Source of the DNA: Candidatus Poribacteria bacterium
GTDB taxonomy: Bacteria; Poribacteria; WGA-4E; WGA-3G
Direction: 5' to 3'
Length of the DNA stretch: 64,000 nucleotides
Assembly (NCBI GenBank): GCA_964291315.2
Contig: OZ219753.1
Coordinates: 2,848,001-2,912,000, forward strand
Part shown: positions 1-11,000 of the stretch, piece after piece
How the letters are laid out: each line of letters opens with the position of its first letter
Position numbering within the stretch: the stretch's first letter is position 1
The notes under the pieces: generated by a model
Databases searched by the model: none
Seen by the model: the letters and a program-made list of their open reading frames with translations, nothing else
What the model was told of the DNA's origin: nothing
Position numbers and translations under genes: made by a program

Positions 1-206
1 ACCGTAATTGCCCCGTCCTCTGTGATTGTGCCTTCAACCTTGATTCTAATACCGATTTCAAGGTCGGTTGCGACGCATTCAATGGTGTTCTCTTCGGCGT
101 GAATGAGGACGTTTGAGAGAATAGGCAAGGTATTCCGTCCGCTTGCAACGCCTTGCAGTACCTGTAGTGCGTATAGGAGGTCGTCTCTTTCAAAAGTTAG
201 TTCCAT
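1..206 (-). CDS. dnaN: DNA polymerase III beta clamp, 5' part (runs off the window start)
   Basis: Not in the ORF track. Manual translation from the ATG at 206 gives MELTFERDDLLYALQVLQGVASGRNTLPILSNVLIHAEENTIECVATDLEIGI, with the typical DnaN 'LPILSNVL...ATDLE' motifs. AAGGAG RBS upstream. Confidence 0.93.
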   Translation of the reverse strand, partial: MELTFERDDLLYALQVLQGVASGRNTLPILSNVLIHAEENTIECVATDLEIGIRIKVEGTITEDGAIT

Positions 207-286
207 TCCAAGTTCTCCTTCTTCTTTTATCTATATTATGGGCGTGATTTTCTTGAAGCACAAGGTGCCTCTGGATTAAAGCTTCT

Positions 287-386
287 ATTGCTACTATTCA
301 TTCTATTAGAGAGTGCAGGAACAGTGTCAATGAACAATTGCTACTATTCATTCTATTAGAGAGTGCAGGAACAGTGTCAATGAACA
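287..386. repeat. Perfect 50-bp tandem duplication upstream of dnaN
   Basis: attgctactattcattctattagagagtgcaggaacagtgtcaatgaaca at 287-336 and 337-386. Confidence 0.95.
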
Positions 387-600
387 GAGGAATCGGCATC
401 GCATTTCATCGATAGATCGTCTGCCTGATAAAAACCTTGACAAACTCCTCTTATGTAGTATAGCATATTATTATAGATATAGCAAAAGAAATTAGAACTT
501 ACAAAACGTACGCTCATATCTACACTACAATCCTAAGTTTTCTAATCAAGATGTACACCAAAACAATTTAGCTTTAGGCACTGTGGGTCTATGAATTTCT

Positions 601-2595
601 GTGGCGAGAGATAGACACCTCGGGGTTACAAAGGTTAAATGTCATCGTTATTTTCCTATAAAAATGCAAAATACTGATTCTTATTCGTCGCGGCGCATTT
701 CGAGGCGTGCTGTGTTGCTCGGCACAGTTCTGATTATCGCTAATAGTTATTGGATAGCGTACGTAGAGATGATCTGGCATACTGCGCATCTGACGACAGT
801 TGCGATGTCGGTCAATGTAATGTTTGGCATTTTGATGATGACGTTTCTGAATATGGGGGTGCGTCGTATTTTTCCTCGTTTCGCTCTGCAGGCGCGCGAT
901 TTACTTGTGGTCTACAGTATGCTTGCTGTGGGTAGTGCGTTTTCTGGCCACGATTGTCTTCCGCGGTTGATGGGGCTTATTCCGTATGTTTTTCGGTTTG
1001 CTACGCCTGAAAACGATTGGGAGGCGTTGCTTTTTCATCATCTTCCTGAGTGGCTTGTTGTGAGCGATCCGAGGGCGGTTAACGATTTCTACGAGGGCGG
1101 TGTCAGTTTTTTTAGAGAAGGTTATGTTTCATATTGGATTGCCCCGATTCTGTCTTGGTCGGTGGTTATTTTTCTGTTAATGCTTATCTTTCTGTGTTTG
1201 ACCTCTATTCTGCGTAAACAGTGGATAGAAAATGAGAAGCTGGCTTACCCGATTATTCAAATTCCGCTTGAGATTACGACGCGCCGGGGTATTTTCAGAA
1301 ACCGTTTGCTCTGGGCAGGTTTTTCGATAGCGATGGGGATAAACCTGCTGAACGGGTTGCAGTACTTCTTTCCTGCCCTTCCGGAGGTTCCGGTCAGAAA
1401 GTATAATCTTAACATCTACTTTACGCAAAAACCGTGGAGTGCTTTGGGCAGCACGCCGTTGAGGTTTCATCCGTATCTCATCGGTTTTTCTTTTATTTTA
1501 CCGTTGGATTTGGCATTTTCGTGTACGTTTTTCTATTTTATGAAGAAGGCTCAGTTGCTATGGGGAAGTGCGGTGGGCGTATCAACCTTACAAGGGTATC
1601 CCTTTTTGGGGGAGCAGGGTGCTGGGGCACTGTTAGCGCTCCTTGCGATTGCGTGCTGGCATTCCCGGCGGCACTTTGCTTCTGTGTTGAGACAGGTGGT
1701 TTATCCGAATCGTACCGAGTCAGAAACCGAGGCGATCTCGCATCGGACTGCTGTGATAATACTTGGAGTGTGTCTGTTGCTACTTGCGGTTTTCTGTGTC
1801 CGGAGTGGTATGACGTTGTGGGCATTTGGTGTTTTTATCTGTATCTATCTATTGATTGTTGTGGGCTTAACCCGTATGCGTGCTGAGTTGGGTCCGCCGA
1901 TTCATGCCATCGGTTATTTAACGCCGCAGTATATGATAATTTCGCTGCTTGGCACGCGCCGTTTGCGTGCGGGTAATTTGACGATGCTCTCATTGTTGAA
2001 TTGGCTTAGCGGTGCGAGTTATGCCTCTTTTCGGACGCACCCGATGCCTGAGCAGTTGGAGGCGTTCAAATTGGCCGAGCGCACGGGCATTCGGAATCGG
2101 ACGATGTTTGGTGTATTGGTTGTTGCGAGTCTTGTCGGTGTATTATCGGGTTTAATTCTGTATCCGTATGCAATTTACAGAGAGGGCGTAGCAGCGGGTT
2201 CTGAGCAGATTCATGCTGGGGGTGCCGATACTTACAATTTTCTTTCCTCGTGGTTAGTGAATCCGAAGCCGACGGATTGGCTTGCGACCTCTGTGTTAGG
2301 TTTAGCGTTTGCTGCAAATGTGGGGATCATATTTCTACGGTCGCGTTTTGTGTGGTGTCCGTTGCATCCTGCTGGCTATGTTATTGGGGTTGCGCCTGGG
2401 ACAACAGATGTGATTTGGTTTCCGCTGTTTCTTGCGATGTTAACAAAGTGGGTTATCTTACGGCTTGGTGGGATTAGTGCGTATCGGAAAGCGGTGCCCT
2501 TTTTTATCGGTCTAGTGTTGGGTGAGGCGCTCATGGGGTGTTTCTGGCCGCTGCTAAGCCTTGTGTTGAGGTCGTCGGTGTATAGTTGGATATAG
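601..2595 (+). CDS. Polytopic membrane protein, DUF6785/DUF6784-like putative transporter (likely start ATG 664)
   Basis: Many hydrophobic helices. Motifs 'RKQWIENEKLAYPIIQIP', 'RMRAELGPP', 'WCPLHPAGY', 'PFFIGLVLGE'. Confidence 0.7.
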   Translation: MARDRHLGVTKVKCHRYFPIKMQNTDSYSSRRISRRAVLLGTVLIIANSYWIAYVEMIWHTAHLTTVAMSVNVMFGILMMTFLNMGVRRIFPRFALQARDLLVVYSMLAVGSAFSGHDCLPRLMGLIPYVFRFATPENDWEALLFHHLPEWLVVSDPRAVNDFYEGGVSFFREGYVSYWIAPILSWSVVIFLLMLIFLCLTSILRKQWIENEKLAYPIIQIPLEITTRRGIFRNRLLWAGFSIAMGINLLNGLQYFFPALPEVPVRKYNLNIYFTQKPWSALGSTPLRFHPYLIGFSFILPLDLAFSCTFFYFMKKAQLLWGSAVGVSTLQGYPFLGEQGAGALLALLAIACWHSRRHFASVLRQVVYPNRTESETEAISHRTAVIILGVCLLLLAVFCVRSGMTLWAFGVFICIYLLIVVGLTRMRAELGPPIHAIGYLTPQYMIISLLGTRRLRAGNLTMLSLLNWLSGASYASFRTHPMPEQLEAFKLAERTGIRNRTMFGVLVVASLVGVLSGLILYPYAIYREGVAAGSEQIHAGGADTYNFLSSWLVNPKPTDWLATSVLGLAFAANVGIIFLRSRFVWCPLHPAGYVIGVAPGTTDVIWFPLFLAMLTKWVILRLGGISAYRKAVPFFIGLVLGEALMGCFWPLLSLVLRSSVYSWI

Positions 2596-2632
2596 TTTTG
2601 TTTCTCTGTGTTGCGGTTTCGAGCGTTGCTGA

Positions 2633-4102
2633 CTAGGGTGTGCTTGAAGGGTTAAGGTTAATCTCACATGTGAGGTTACCGTGTGAACGAACCAGGAGAT
2701 GAACCCCTTCTTGTGTGAGGTAGAGTGTCTCCGGTATAATGGCATCTACAGTGCCGTGTAGGAGAACGTACGGGCCGATCTGGCGTTCGGCGATGCCGTC
2801 AGCCAATTTTTTGTGTAGTGCGTTGATCTGTGTCTCTAATGGAAAGACGAGTTTTTCTTCTAGTGCGGTTCGTAGGTTTGGGAAGATACCTTCGCCTATA
2901 TTTTCGGCCATGTCTAAGAGCAGGTTTTGGGTTGTGAGGTCATAATCGAATCCATTGACAGAGAGAGCCGTTGTGGTTGGATCGTAGATAGGGGTTCCGA
3001 TCATGTAGAGCTGTCCGTTCGCGGCTAAAGCGGGCATTTTAAATCCGATGCCTGCTGCCAGTCGGGTGCCGCTGCCGTAGATCGTTAGATTTTCGACCAG
3101 GGTATCGATTCCTTTTAGTTTGTGCTTTTTTTCGACATGGGGTTTAACAAATTTTTCAATAGCGGTGTAAGTCACATCAATGGGGGCGATGATATGGTAG
3201 CCGGATTCGAGCGAGTCCACGAACTGAATATTCGGCAGTTCGGCGCGGGGTTCTGTAAAAGCGCCGGTCTTCTTTGGGCCCTCTCCGATATTGGCGTGGA
3301 TGTAGGTTTTGATACCGAAGCTGAAGAAGAGCGTTTCTTGGTTGCTTGATAGTTTTTCTGCCAAAATTTCCAGTGGTTCTACGATGAGAGCGATCGGAGG
3401 TGTCTGTTTTATGACGATTGGTTCGTAGAGTTTTGCCCATAGGCCGGCAACGCGCGTTTTTAGATCTACCTCTGTGATATATTGGACAATGAGGTGCTCC
3501 ACCTTAGGGAGGACTTTGTCCTCTACCAATGTGTTAAGAATCCGACGCACTGAGATGTTAATCCCCTGGATTTTAATCTCTGCTTTCTGAATAAAAATGT
3601 CGGAGGTCGTTTTTGCTGTGATCTGCCAATCCGCATTGAGGGTTGGTGTGAGTGTTAACGATGCGGTTGCTGTTCCTTTAATATCTTCTCGTTTCTGGAT
3701 CACCTGTCCAAAAATTTTTTTGGAGACACGCACCCACCCCGTAAATTGAAAGGGCAGGCTTGCTGATACAGTGCCGTTTGCGGTCACCGTCATTTTGAGT
3801 GTGCTGGGATCGAGTTTGATGGCATATTCGATGGCGCCGTCTTTCCGCTTGATAGGTTCATGGAGGTAGTCTCTAATGGCTTTTTCGGTTAACTGTTTGA
3901 CTTCGTGCATGGGGAGGGCTACTCTCGCGGCGATAGTTGATGGTGTAGGAGGCGGTAGGGTCACCGGTGTGACTTCTCGCGGGGGAGCAGGAGCTTCCAC
4001 GGTAAGATCCGACTGATGGTGTATGAAGAAAAATAACGTAATTAGCGTTAAGAGAACAGCGAGGGCGATTGCGCCGACAATTAATTTTTTGTGTTGTATC
4101 AT
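2633..4102 (-). CDS. Membrane-anchored DUF4403-like protein
   Basis: N-terminal TM anchor, Pro-rich linker, beta-rich body, 'LYMIGTPIYD...FDYDL' segment. Confidence 0.6.
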   Translation of the reverse strand: MIQHKKLIVGAIALAVLLTLITLFFFIHHQSDLTVEAPAPPREVTPVTLPPPTPSTIAARVALPMHEVKQLTEKAIRDYLHEPIKRKDGAIEYAIKLDPSTLKMTVTANGTVSASLPFQFTGWVRVSKKIFGQVIQKREDIKGTATASLTLTPTLNADWQITAKTTSDIFIQKAEIKIQGINISVRRILNTLVEDKVLPKVEHLIVQYITEVDLKTRVAGLWAKLYEPIVIKQTPPIALIVEPLEILAEKLSSNQETLFFSFGIKTYIHANIGEGPKKTGAFTEPRAELPNIQFVDSLESGYHIIAPIDVTYTAIEKFVKPHVEKKHKLKGIDTLVENLTIYGSGTRLAAGIGFKMPALAANGQLYMIGTPIYDPTTTALSVNGFDYDLTTQNLLLDMAENIGEGIFPNLRTALEEKLVFPLETQINALHKKLADGIAERQIGPYVLLHGTVDAIIPETLYLTQEGVHLLVRSHGNLTCEINLNPSSTP

Positions 4103-5271
4103 GCTTGTAGCCTTGGAATTGCGTTTGAGGTTTTGTATTCCCGATTAATACGGAAAGGATGGATATCAACATCTGTCTTGCCGTTTAGGGCGATCTCACT
4201 CATAATACGGCCGACAAGGTCACAAAACTTAAAACCGTGTCCTGAAAAACCTGCGCCAATCAACACGTTGGGACAGTGTGGATGTCTGTCAATAATAAAA
4301 TCTTCATCTGGGGTTTCGGTGTAGAGACAAACTTCGGCGTGTGTTGCTTTTCCAAGTTCTGGGATTCGGGCTTGCACGTAGGCGTCTATATGAGCGATGT
4401 ACTCTGGATCGGGGGCCCGCTTGGGCATGTTAGGAGAAATGGTTTCTCCTTTTCCGTGTCGTGCAATTTTTAATCCACCGCCTTGATCAAAAGAGCCGAA
4501 GGCGGGAATACCGTAGATGAATTCTCCGTCTGGTGTTACTTCCGTGAAAACGGGGAACTGCTCCGGTTGGAAACGTTCGGCGTCTGCGGGTTGGTAATAG
4601 CAGACCTGCTGTTTTGTAACCGTAAGTGGAAGGTTTAGTTCTGCAAGGAGGGTGCTTGCCCATGCTCCTGCTGTCACCACGACTTTTCTGCCGTGAAATT
4701 GGCTATTTTCTGTTCTGACAGTGGGGATGTCTGCCTGCTTATCGATATTGGTTACGCGGGTTGTCTGTCGGAGGGTTGCGCCGTGTTGTTCTGCCAATTT
4801 CAGGTGCGTAGAAACACACTCGGTGGCATGGAGAAAGCCGGTGTCTTTCTGCCAGAGAATGTGCGTATTGTTGTGGCAGTGGAATTGTGGGAAACGTTTT
4901 GCGAGTTGCTGTGTATCCCACCATTCGGCTTCAACGCCTGCTGCGTCTAGGCTTTCTCGCGCTGCGTGTGCGTATGGATTTCCTTTTGTTCCTATCCCTA
5001 TGCTTCCTGTGATGAAAAGCAGGGCTGTCCCTGATTCGGCTTCAAGGGCGCGCCATCCGGCGTAGGCGGTTTTCATCAGTTGGGTGTAGAACGGTTTGTC
5101 GTAGAAGAATCGGATGATACGGGTTTCCCCGTGTGAGCTACCGAGCGTATGTCGGCGTTGGAACTGTTCTAAGAGGAGCACGTCTGCATCAGATTTAGCG
5201 AGGTGGTATGCGGTCGCGCTGCCCATTGCGCCGGCTCCGATAACAATGGCATCGTAGATGTGGTTGTTCAT
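4099..5271 (-). CDS. solA: N-methyl-L-tryptophan oxidase / monomeric sarcosine oxidase family
   Basis: GAGAMG FAD-binding motif, 'GSSHGETRIIR', 'CLYTETPDEDFIID', 'GFSGHGFKF'. Start placed at MNNHIY because the 10 extra upstream codons are heptamer repeats. Confidence 0.8.
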   Translation of the reverse strand: MNNHIYDAIVIGAGAMGSATAYHLAKSDADVLLLEQFQRRHTLGSSHGETRIIRFFYDKPFYTQLMKTAYAGWRALEAESGTALLFITGSIGIGTKGNPYAHAARESLDAAGVEAEWWDTQQLAKRFPQFHCHNNTHILWQKDTGFLHATECVSTHLKLAEQHGATLRQTTRVTNIDKQADIPTVRTENSQFHGRKVVVTAGAWASTLLAELNLPLTVTKQQVCYYQPADAERFQPEQFPVFTEVTPDGEFIYGIPAFGSFDQGGGLKIARHGKGETISPNMPKRAPDPEYIAHIDAYVQARIPELGKATHAEVCLYTETPDEDFIIDRHPHCPNVLIGAGFSGHGFKFCDLVGRIMSEIALNGKTDVDIHPFRINREYKTSNAIPRLQA

Positions 5272-5335
5272 AGCTGTTAGTTGTCGGTTATCCGTCATCA
5301 TTTATGGGAAAGGAGATGTTTTCGTGTCGGTCTAC

Positions 5336-6115
5336 TTACCTACTTCCCGATAATCCTAAAACAGTTGGGAACGGTTGTGGCGTGGTAGCGAAGTGCTGGT
5401 ATCGGTCTTCGCCGCGCAGTAGGATTGGTTTCCAGGGGCGTTTCAGCGAGTTGGCTTTTGCTTGTTTTACTGAGGGGTCGATATAGCGGATTGTTAAGCC
5501 GCAGCGCCGTCGGTTAGAATGATTCGGTAGGCTGCCGTGGATTGTCTGTCCGTGGTGGATAGACATTTCTCCGGCTTTCAGCACTAGGTCGACGGCGTTT
5601 TCGGCCTCGGCTTCGGTCACAGTTACCTCCTGATTGATGCTTAAGAGGTTTCCTGTGCGTTGAGATTTGCCGTGTTCTTGTATCCCGCGTTGATGGCTTC
5701 CCGGAATCACCTGCATACAACCGTTGCCGGTATCGCTGTCATCTATTGCATACCAGGCTGTAATGGCCTCTGGTGGTTCGAGACCCCAATACGTTATGTC
5801 TTGATGCCATGCGACGAATTTTTCTCTGGGTCCGTATTTGCAGAAGAAATGGGTTGCTAACAACATAACATTGGGGCCGATAAGTGTTTCAATGACTTCT
5901 AAGATTTTGGGATGTGTTGCGAGTTTCCAGATAAATGGGACATCAAAGTGCCGATCGATGAGTCCAATTTCGCATGTTTCTTTTCCGATCTCTGCTTCCA
6001 AGATGTTGTACTGTTGCCGATAATGTGTTACTTCGGTATCATCGGCAACGTGGAGTCCGGTTAGGAATCCATTTTTTTGGTAACCTTGAGCGAGGTGTAG
6101 GTTTTTCGTTTCCAT
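5336..6115 (-). CDS. Phytanoyl-CoA dioxygenase (PhyH) family Fe(II)/2OG dioxygenase
   Basis: 'WHQD' HxD motif, 'NGCMQVIPGSH', 'IHGSLPN...RR'. Confidence 0.9.
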   Translation of the reverse strand: METKNLHLAQGYQKNGFLTGLHVADDTEVTHYRQQYNILEAEIGKETCEIGLIDRHFDVPFIWKLATHPKILEVIETLIGPNVMLLATHFFCKYGPREKFVAWHQDITYWGLEPPEAITAWYAIDDSDTGNGCMQVIPGSHQRGIQEHGKSQRTGNLLSINQEVTVTEAEAENAVDLVLKAGEMSIHHGQTIHGSLPNHSNRRRCGLTIRYIDPSVKQAKANSLKRPWKPILLRGEDRYQHFATTPQPFPTVLGLSGSR

Positions 6116-6128
6116 AGGGTGGCCTCCG

Positions 6129-7016
6129 TTAGGGGAGTTTTGGAATTTTGCCCTGTTGAAACCATTGCGAATCTGCGGGTGGCGATTCGTCTGGTTTTTT
6201 CAGCGTTTCAAAGGTCTTCAAGACCGGTGCGACGGTTTCGGTCCATATTTGTTCGACTTCTGCAAAGGTTACGGGGTGTCGGTCAGAGATATCGGTTTCT
6301 GCGTAAGCGTTCAATAGCTCCTGCATTTTTTGTCCGAGCCAGGTGACTTCATCGTTGACCATGCGTTCCCCGATGCGTCTGTCTGATTCAGAGGCGTTTG
6401 CTCCCATTGCGAAGTGAGGTCCTTGTGTATCGGGGTTGGGCATTCGTGAGATGTCAACGCAGTCGGGTTCTAATGCCCATAGGAGTGAGGTTTCGACCCT
6501 CCCGGCATGGTCGCCGCTGTTGCCTTGTTGGTCGAATCCGGGCGTGTTTGCTTCAAAATCGGGGAGTCCGTAGAGTTGCATAGCGAAGTAGGGTTGAATG
6601 AGAGAGAGGAGGGTTTTGAGGTCTTGCCAGTTCGGTCCGTAGTGTCCTGTGAGGAAGAGAGCTGCGTGAAAACCGAGGGCGTCGGCTGCGCGAACGTGGT
6701 AGCAGACGTTTTTGAAGTGTTGCCAGGCGGGTATAGCTGTCAGCCAGCTTCGTACTTCGCCTACGTTCTGATAAGCCCAATTTGCATACATGCCGTGTTC
6801 GTGGATGTGCCAGTAGTCGGGTGGGGCGACGATGCCGCCGTGGGTTTCTGCCGCGCGACGAGCGATTGCGTGTGCTTTGAGTGCGTCCAAACCGACGGTA
6901 TTCTGGGGTCCGTGGGGTTCACAAAGTCCGTAAGTGAAATAGACGGCAGGGCACTGATCGAACGCTGCTTCCAATTCGTCGGGGAACATGCGTTCCCATC
7001 GTACCTCTTTTCGCAT
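6129..7016 (-). CDS. Creatininase family amidohydrolase
   Basis: 'EPHGP...GLD', 'GHYG', 'DHAGRVETS' motifs. Confidence 0.85.
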   Translation of the reverse strand: MRKEVRWERMFPDELEAAFDQCPAVYFTYGLCEPHGPQNTVGLDALKAHAIARRAAETHGGIVAPPDYWHIHEHGMYANWAYQNVGEVRSWLTAIPAWQHFKNVCYHVRAADALGFHAALFLTGHYGPNWQDLKTLLSLIQPYFAMQLYGLPDFEANTPGFDQQGNSGDHAGRVETSLLWALEPDCVDISRMPNPDTQGPHFAMGANASESDRRIGERMVNDEVTWLGQKMQELLNAYAETDISDRHPVTFAEVEQIWTETVAPVLKTFETLKKPDESPPADSQWFQQGKIPKLP

Positions 7017-7130
7017 ATCTATTCTCCGTCTGAAACCGGGTGGGTTATCAGCATTTGTTGGTTATTCATTTTGCCCTTTCAATTCTGTTTTCCGCAATTT
7101 TTAAAAGGATATTACATTTCGGTTGTTCAT

Positions 7131-8006
7131 TTATAACGTAGTGTGCGGGTTTTGCAAATTTAGAGTTCGGCAAATTTTTTTTGCCCCGGCAAGGCGTGGT
7201 TGCAATTCAAACGCCCTTTTCAAAATAGTGCGTGCTTCGGAAAGTCGATTAGTCTGCACATAGAATTCAGCTATTTTTTTGTAGGTCCTGGCGGTTTCTT
7301 GCTTGGGGAGTTTTAATGCTTGGATCTTGGTGAGTAGAATATGGTGTGTTTGATTGTATCCGTCGACACTGAAAAAGTAGAGATAGATGAATTTGAGGCG
7401 GTCTTTAACTTCTCGGGTAAAGTGTTTGAAACAGGGGCGTTTTGCTTCTGCGGACAAGAGGGATTCGTAGATCAGCATTGCTTGTTTGATTTTTTGGTGC
7501 CGCTCGGGGTCGGGTGCTGACTTTCGGTTGGAGAATCCGAGGTTCTGGTAGGCTTCGGCGATAAGGAATTCACAGTCGCGACTCTTTTCGTAGCTCAGGA
7601 AATCGTCGATGCGCCAGTTTTTGCCTGTTTCTAGGTTGTTATTACAGAATTGTTCATATAAGGAGATGCCGGTTTCGTAGTTCTGATTCAGGAGTGCTTC
7701 GAGCAGTCGTTCTAACTTGGCGTAGCTCTGGTTCAGTATGCTGAGCTTTTCGAGATAGGCTTCCCGCGCGCTTTGGTGACGTTCGAGCGTTCGTAGCTTC
7801 TGATCGTAATTCGACTTCTGTTTCTTATCGCGTAAAGTATTATATGCCGTCCATACTTCGCGAAACATGTGTTCGGCGGTTGCAATTTTCTCCGAATTTT
7901 TATCCGGGTGATAACGTTTTGCGAGTCTCCGAAAGGCGTGTTTTATTTCAGAGGCGGTAGCGTCTCGTCTGATTCCTAAGATTTGATAATGGTCTGGCAT
8001 TTGCAT
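7131..8006 (-). CDS. J-domain (DnaJ-like) protein with C-terminal TPR-like helices
   Basis: 'DHYQILGI...IKHAFRRLAKRYHPDKN' J-domain with HPD. No G/F region or Zn finger. Confidence 0.85.
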   Translation of the reverse strand: MQMPDHYQILGIRRDATASEIKHAFRRLAKRYHPDKNSEKIATAEHMFREVWTAYNTLRDKKQKSNYDQKLRTLERHQSAREAYLEKLSILNQSYAKLERLLEALLNQNYETGISLYEQFCNNNLETGKNWRIDDFLSYEKSRDCEFLIAEAYQNLGFSNRKSAPDPERHQKIKQAMLIYESLLSAEAKRPCFKHFTREVKDRLKFIYLYFFSVDGYNQTHHILLTKIQALKLPKQETARTYKKIAEFYVQTNRLSEARTILKRAFELQPRLAGAKKICRTLNLQNPHTTL

Positions 8007-8090
8007 GTCAATACGTTTGTTCTGATAGATACAGTATTTATAATTCCACAGATTTCAGAATTTGTCAAGCGGAAAATTGGAAGGCTGCGT

Positions 8091-11000
8091 CTACAGAGTG
8101 TCTCGTAAAAAACGTGCGGTATGAGATGTTTGGTTGTTCGCGACCTGTTCTGGTGTTCCGATTGCAACGACTTCGCCTCCGTTTTTGCTTCCCTCTGGTC
8201 CCAGGTCGATGATCCAGTCGGCGGATTTGATAACGTCAATGTTGTGTTCAACAGCGATAATGGTATTGCCGGTGTCGACGAGTCGGTTCAGCACTTTGAG
8301 GAGTTTCTGGATGTCATCGAAGTGGAGGCCTGTTGTGGGTTCGTCCATGATGTAGAGGGTTGATCTTTTGTGCTGTCGTGCCAGCTCTTTTGCGAGTTTC
8401 ACGCGTTGTGCCTCGCCCCCGGAAAGGGTTGTTGCTGACTGTCCGAGTTGGATGTAGCCCAATCCGACATCTGCCAACATCTGGAGTGTCCGGCAGATCG
8501 GCGAATTTTCAGTGAAGAAATTGAGTGCCTCATCTACTGTCATATCCAAGACTTCGGCAATATTTTTGCCTTTATAACGGATTTCAAGTGTTTCGTCGTT
8601 GTAGCCTGTACTGTTACATGCTTCACACGGCATCCACACGTCGGGGAGGAAATGCATCTCGACGCGGTTAAAACGTTGCCCCTCACACACATAGCACTGT
8701 CCGGCGGCGAGGTTGAAACTGAAGAATTCCATGTTAAACCCGCGTGTCTTCGCGTCGTGTTGTTCGGCAAAGAGCGCGCGGATCTTCGTGAACAGGTCGG
8801 TATAGGTTGCTGGGTTTGAACGCGGTGTTTCACCGATTGCTTTCTGGTCTACATTGATGAGGCGTTTGATATGGCTAATTCCTCGGATGCTCTTATATTC
8901 GGGTAAACCGTAGTCGTTATAGATAGGTTCGCGTTGTCCGTCAGTCGTATAGTAGCTGTAGCGTAGTTCTGCTCGTTCGGCTGTTTTGATGGATTTGCGA
9001 GTTTCAAGGGCAGGTTTTAGCGTGCCTTCAACGAGCGAGCTTTTCCCGCATCCTGATACGCCGGTTACACATGTAAGCGTTCCCAATGGAATTTTAACGT
9101 TAATGTCTTTAAGATTGTTGGTTCTTGCGCCGTATATTGCTAGTTCTTTGCCTGTCCCTTTGCGTCGTGTTTTCGGTATTGGAATTTTTACTTGGTTGGA
9201 GAGATAAGCTTGCGTCAAGGATTTAAGAGAGGTTTTTTGATTTTGCTCTTGTATTGTGGGGGGTTCCTGAGTGAAGGTATCGGGTGTACCGACGGCGGTA
9301 ATTTCGCCACCGTTTTTACCTGCGCGCGGTCCGAAGTCGATCACGTGATCGGAGGCTAGTATTGTGTCTCGGTCGTGTTCGACGACGAGGACGCTGTTAC
9401 CGATATTGCGGAGTTGTTTAAGCGCGGCGATGAGACGTTGCTGATCGCGTGGGTGTAAGCCGATGCTTGGTTCGTCGAGGATATAGGTTACGCCTGTGAG
9501 TCCTGTGCCGAGTTGGCTTGCGAGGTGGATTCTACGCATTTCGCCCCCGGAGAGTGTCGGTGCCCCGCGGTCGAGTGCGAGGTAACCGAGTCCGATATCT
9601 TCTAGAAATTGGAGTCGCGCTTGGATTTGCGCGAGGACTTCGGCTTCAAACTCAGGAGAGGTATGCAGGTGAAGTGCGGGGTGCGTGGCTCTTGAAATTG
9701 AGACACTTGTTGCGCTCTGTTGGTTTCTCTGTTTGGTTTCTACGTCCATGTCGGCGATCTGTGCTTCAATCTGCTTTAGGCGTGCGTCCAAGGATTCAAT
9801 GATCTCGGTGATTGACAACGTCATCAATTCGGCGATGGTTGTTCCTTGAAACATAACGCATCTGGGGAAAGGTTTCAGACGTGTGCCTTGACACTCGTTG
9901 CACAGATTGTAGGGTGGGTAAGTGTTTCGCCCGCGTCCATTACAGGAGTCGCAAGCCCCTATTTTGTTGTTAAAAGAGAAGTGCCGTGGTGTGAGTTGTC
10001 CGAAGTTGCTGCCACAATTAGGACACATTGCGTGTTCGCTAAAGAAGTGGCGTGCTGATTTTCTGCTGTGCTTGTTTTCCTCGATAAGCACGAACCCGCC
10101 GCTCTGGCGTAGTGCTAATTCGATTGCCTCCATAAAACGGCTCTTTTCTTCATCGACAAGTTCGACACGGTCGATGACAATAGAGATTTCGTGGTGAATG
10201 CCGCGGCTCAGTGTCGGTACTTCGTCGAGTCGGTGGATCTCACCGTCGATTTGGATGCGAACGAATCCTGCTTTTTGTAACCGTCTGAATACGTTGGTAT
10301 AGTCTTCATGTCCGTCTATACCGTAAGCGGCTTCATTGACGTTGATGTCAATAATCTTGCCTGCTGTTTCCCGTGTCTCACTTGTGGGAATAAGTATAAA
10401 GTTTGTGAGCGGTGCGAGGACATCGACTCTCTGTTTGTGTGCGATCTGAAAAATCCTGCTTGTTATTTCTTCAGCGGTCTGTGAACAGACGGGTTTGCGG
10501 CAATCTGGGCAGTGTGGTTTACCCCATTTAGCGTAAAGCGTGCGTAGTCCGTCATGTATCTCCGTGATAGTTGCCACGGTTGAGCGTGGATTTTGACCTG
10601 CGTTGGCGTGTGAGATTGCGATGGCGGGTGAGAGTCCCTCAATTTTTGAGACTTTAGGTTTCCCTTTCTGTCCTATAAATTGGCGTGCATAGGTGCTGAG
10701 CGTTTCGATGTAGCGTCGTTGGCCTTCAGCGTAAATCGTGTCGAGTGCGAGGGATGTCTTGCCAGAGCCGCTGACTCCTGTCAGTGTTGTCATTTTTCGA
10801 TGGGGGATATCGACGTTCACGTTTTTGAGGTTATTTTCTGATGCCCCTTGTACAGTGATGGTTGTGGTTCTCTGTTGTTTCTGCTCAAAGAGGGATGCGA
10901 GTTCGGGTTCAATGAGTCGTTGCTTTGCATCACGCCAGATGTCGAAGTCTCCTCGTAGTGCTTGTCCTGTGTAAGATTCGGGTATTTCGGCAACTTGTTC

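Noticed and set aside
287-386. CRISPR array (also considered for 27143-27233)
   Set aside because: The units abut with no unique spacers, there are only 2-3 copies, and there are no cas genes.
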